From Gaiellaceae bacterium (GTDB lineage Bacteria; Actinomycetota; Thermoleophilia; Gaiellales; Gaiellaceae): DNA of 64,000 nt. Below the pieces are notes generated by a model. That model was given only the letters and a program-made list of their open reading frames with translations. It searched no databases and was not told where the DNA came from. This document shows, piece by piece, positions 62,236 through 64,000 of the stretch. The translations under genes were made by a program, and so were the position numbers. The stretch covers positions 7,242 through 71,241 of the forward strand of contig DATINO010000080.1 in NCBI GenBank assembly GCA_035474195.1, read 5' to 3'. How positions within the stretch are numbered: position 1 is the stretch's first letter; each line of letters starts with the position of its first letter.

Positions 62236-62556
62236 TCAGGCGGATGGGTCGTCGAGTTGAAGGAGATCGAGCAAGCCGCCGATCTGCTGGCCGTTCTGGG
62301 CTTCGTGGCGAAGCATCTCCGACCCGCGATCGATCACGTAGCGATTGCGCCGCCCGTGGCGCTCGCGCGTGACGAAACCGGCCTCGACGAGGTCGGTGAT
62401 GATCCGCTGCGCCGATCCGACGGTGATCCCGAGGTCGTCTGCGATGTCGCGGAGCCGCACTTCGGGATCGCGGGCGATCGCGAGCAGCACCTGCGTGTGG
62501 TTCGTTACGAACTGCCACCCGCGGGCCGTGTCCTCACTTGACTGTTGATCTGCCAT
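62236..62556 (-). CDS. winged-helix (MarR/ArsR-like) transcriptional regulator
   Basis: VRLRDIADDLGITVGSAQRIITDLVEAGFVTRERHGRRNRY. Confidence 0.75.
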   Translation of the reverse strand: MADQQSSEDTARGWQFVTNHTQVLLAIARDPEVRLRDIADDLGITVGSAQRIITDLVEAGFVTRERHGRRNRYVIDRGSEMLRHEAQNGQQIGGLLDLLQLDDPSA

Positions 62557-62657
62557 TAGCTACTATCCATCAACAACGATCAGACGAATGCTTTACTAGA
62601 CCTCTTTGTGATCGTCGGTGTCAGATTAGCAGATTCCTCGGGCAAAGAGAGCACTTG

Positions 62658-62909
62658 ATGACGGACACATCGTTACGCGTTCGGCTGAGCGAGGAGCGGC
62701 ACGCCGCCGCACTCGAGAAGGAGCTCGGCGACCTGGCGGGATTCGATCTCCAGCGGCTCGACGGGCACTGGGACGCCACGGTCGACGGCGTCCTCGGGGA
62801 TAAGCTCGTGCGTGTGCTGAACGCGGTCCGCGCAGCGCTGGGCGGCGAGCCGTCCGCATCCGCGCTCGTGTTCCTCGACGGCCGCGAGTATGAGGTGGGA
62901 GCGCAGTAG
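62658..62909 (+). CDS. hypothetical protein
   Basis: 83 aa from ATG 62658 with GC3-rich codons. No family recognised. Confidence 0.4.
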   Translation: MTDTSLRVRLSEERHAAALEKELGDLAGFDLQRLDGHWDATVDGVLGDKLVRVLNAVRAALGGEPSASALVFLDGREYEVGAQ

Positions 62910-62912
62910 CGC

Positions 62913-63482
62913 TCAGCGCCGGGCTGCTCCGACCACCTTCGTGACGACCCAGCGGTGCTTCCCGATCTTGCGGTCGCGGACGAAGCCGAGCTGCTCGTAG
63001 GTCGACAGCGCGCCGTTGAAGAGGAAGCCGGCCGGCACCGCGTCGGCGGCTTCCGGGAAGCCCTCGACCATCCCTCCGCCGAGCGCCGCGATCAGGTCGA
63101 GCGCGCCGGCGAGGCCGGCGGTCGCGACTCCCTTGCGGCGGTGTCCCTTGCCGACGAAGTTGCACGCGATCCGCCAGTCGGCCGGAGCCGGTTGACCTTT
63201 CTCGTACTGCGCGCGGCTCTTGATGCGCGGCAACTCGGCCGGCGGTCCGAACTGACACCAGCCGAGGCAGTGGTCTCCGTCGAACACGAGTGCGGCGTGC
63301 GTTGTGCCGTTCTTCACCCGCTCGAGCTTCCGCTGCCGGTTGATCGCCCCGTCGTTTCTGTCCGGTCCCTCCTCGTGAAAGCCGATGCACCAGCACCCGC
63401 CGAACACGCCGTTGTTCGCTTCGACGAGCGCGGCGAACGCGTCCCAGGTGCTCTCGTCCAGAGCCTTGACCGTGTACGTCAT
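62913..63482 (-). CDS. GNAT-family N-acetyltransferase
   Basis: NFVGKGHRRKGVATAGLAGAL (acetyl-CoA-binding R/Q-x-x-G-x-G/A). Its ATG overlaps the upstream stop (ATGA). Confidence 0.8.
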   Translation of the reverse strand: MTYTVKALDESTWDAFAALVEANNGVFGGCWCIGFHEEGPDRNDGAINRQRKLERVKNGTTHAALVFDGDHCLGWCQFGPPAELPRIKSRAQYEKGQPAPADWRIACNFVGKGHRRKGVATAGLAGALDLIAALGGGMVEGFPEAADAVPAGFLFNGALSTYEQLGFVRDRKIGKHRWVVTKVVGAARR

Positions 63483-64000
63483 GTGCGTCCGAGAAATGAC
63501 AGCACACGCTCGACGAGGATCGCGGTCGCATCGGCGTCGTACGCGGGGAGTGATGCGTCGGTGAAGAGATGCTCCTCGCCGGGATAGAGGAAGAGCTCGG
63601 CGTCGCCGGTCGAGGCGACGAGCGCGCGCGCAGCATCGAGGTCCTCGTCGAAGAACTCGTCGGCCTCCTTGCCGTGCACCTGGACGGGAACGCCCGCCGG
63701 CCACGCGTCTCCGAACTCGGAGAACGGGAGGCACGCGGAGATGAACAGCGCCCCGCCGGCCCCGGGCCGCGTCTGCGCGAGTTGCTGCGCGGCCATCACG
63801 CCGAAGGAGATCCCCGCGTAGACGACGTTCGCGGGAAACGCCGCGCCCGCGGCGACGCCGCGCTCGCCCAGCGCGCCGAATCCGGTCTCTCGCGCGAAGG
63901 CCATACCCTCTTCGAGCGTCGCGAAGGTGCGTCCGTCGAACACGTCCGGCGTGTGCACGGTGTGACCGGCCTGCCGCAGTTGGTCGGCGAACGTGCGGAC
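63479..64000 (-). CDS. dienelactone-hydrolase-family protein, 5' end outside the window
   Basis: Nucleophile elbow YAGISFGVMAA and C-terminal GEEHLFTD (His). The frame stays open to the window edge. Confidence 0.75.
   Translation of the reverse strand, partial: VRTFADQLRQAGHTVHTPDVFDGRTFATLEEGMAFARETGFGALGERGVAAGAAFPANVVYAGISFGVMAAQQLAQTRPGAGGALFISACLPFSEFGDAWPAGVPVQVHGKEADEFFDEDLDAARALVASTGDAELFLYPGEEHLFTDASLPAYDADATAILVERVLSFLGRT

Overview
This is a very GC-rich, gene-dense chromosomal segment that looks actinobacterial. Supporting genes are a MarP-type membrane serine protease, SARP and LAL regulators, a SigJ/ECF41-type sigma factor and a primary sigma factor. I support about 75 protein genes on both strands. 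They are mostly housekeeping (infC, msrA, cyclophilin, peroxiredoxin, homocysteine methyltransferase/MTHFR fusion, acyl-CoA dehydrogenase), transport (five MFS transporters) and regulation (histidine kinases, GGDEF-EAL, TetR, PadR, ArsR, ECF sigma). RNA genes are one canonical tRNA-Asp, one tRNA-Trp(CCA) with an unusually AU-rich acceptor stem, and one aberrant tRNA-Trp-like gene. I found no rRNA, CRISPR array, transposase or integrase, recognisable defence-system gene, or biosynthetic core enzyme. No complete new multi-gene system can be demonstrated from sequence alone. The unusual material is: (1) a roughly 1.3-kb lower-GC non-coding island (45669-46951) holding a self-contained 44-codon gene, a 14-nt tandem repeat inside a tRNA-like fragment, and the two odd tRNA(Trp)-like genes; (2) a REP-like palindromic repeat family (core GGTGCCWGGCACC) found only in convergent intergenic gaps; (3) a 970-aa PAS3-HK-REC-REC-LuxR all-in-one regulator divergent from a WxL-like/DUF916-like surface-protein pair; (4) an aldo-keto-reductase/P-loop-kinase/degenerate-HAD triple fusion; (5) an infC gene with no rpmI-rplT, coupled instead to an unknown Cys-rich ORF. 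Most long ORFs in the six-frame track are Arg/Pro/Ala-rich antisense or off-frame artefacts of GC-rich DNA and were not called. The track starts ORFs at the most upstream ATG/GTG/TTG, so I trimmed many starts; start coordinates are the least certain part of the annotation.
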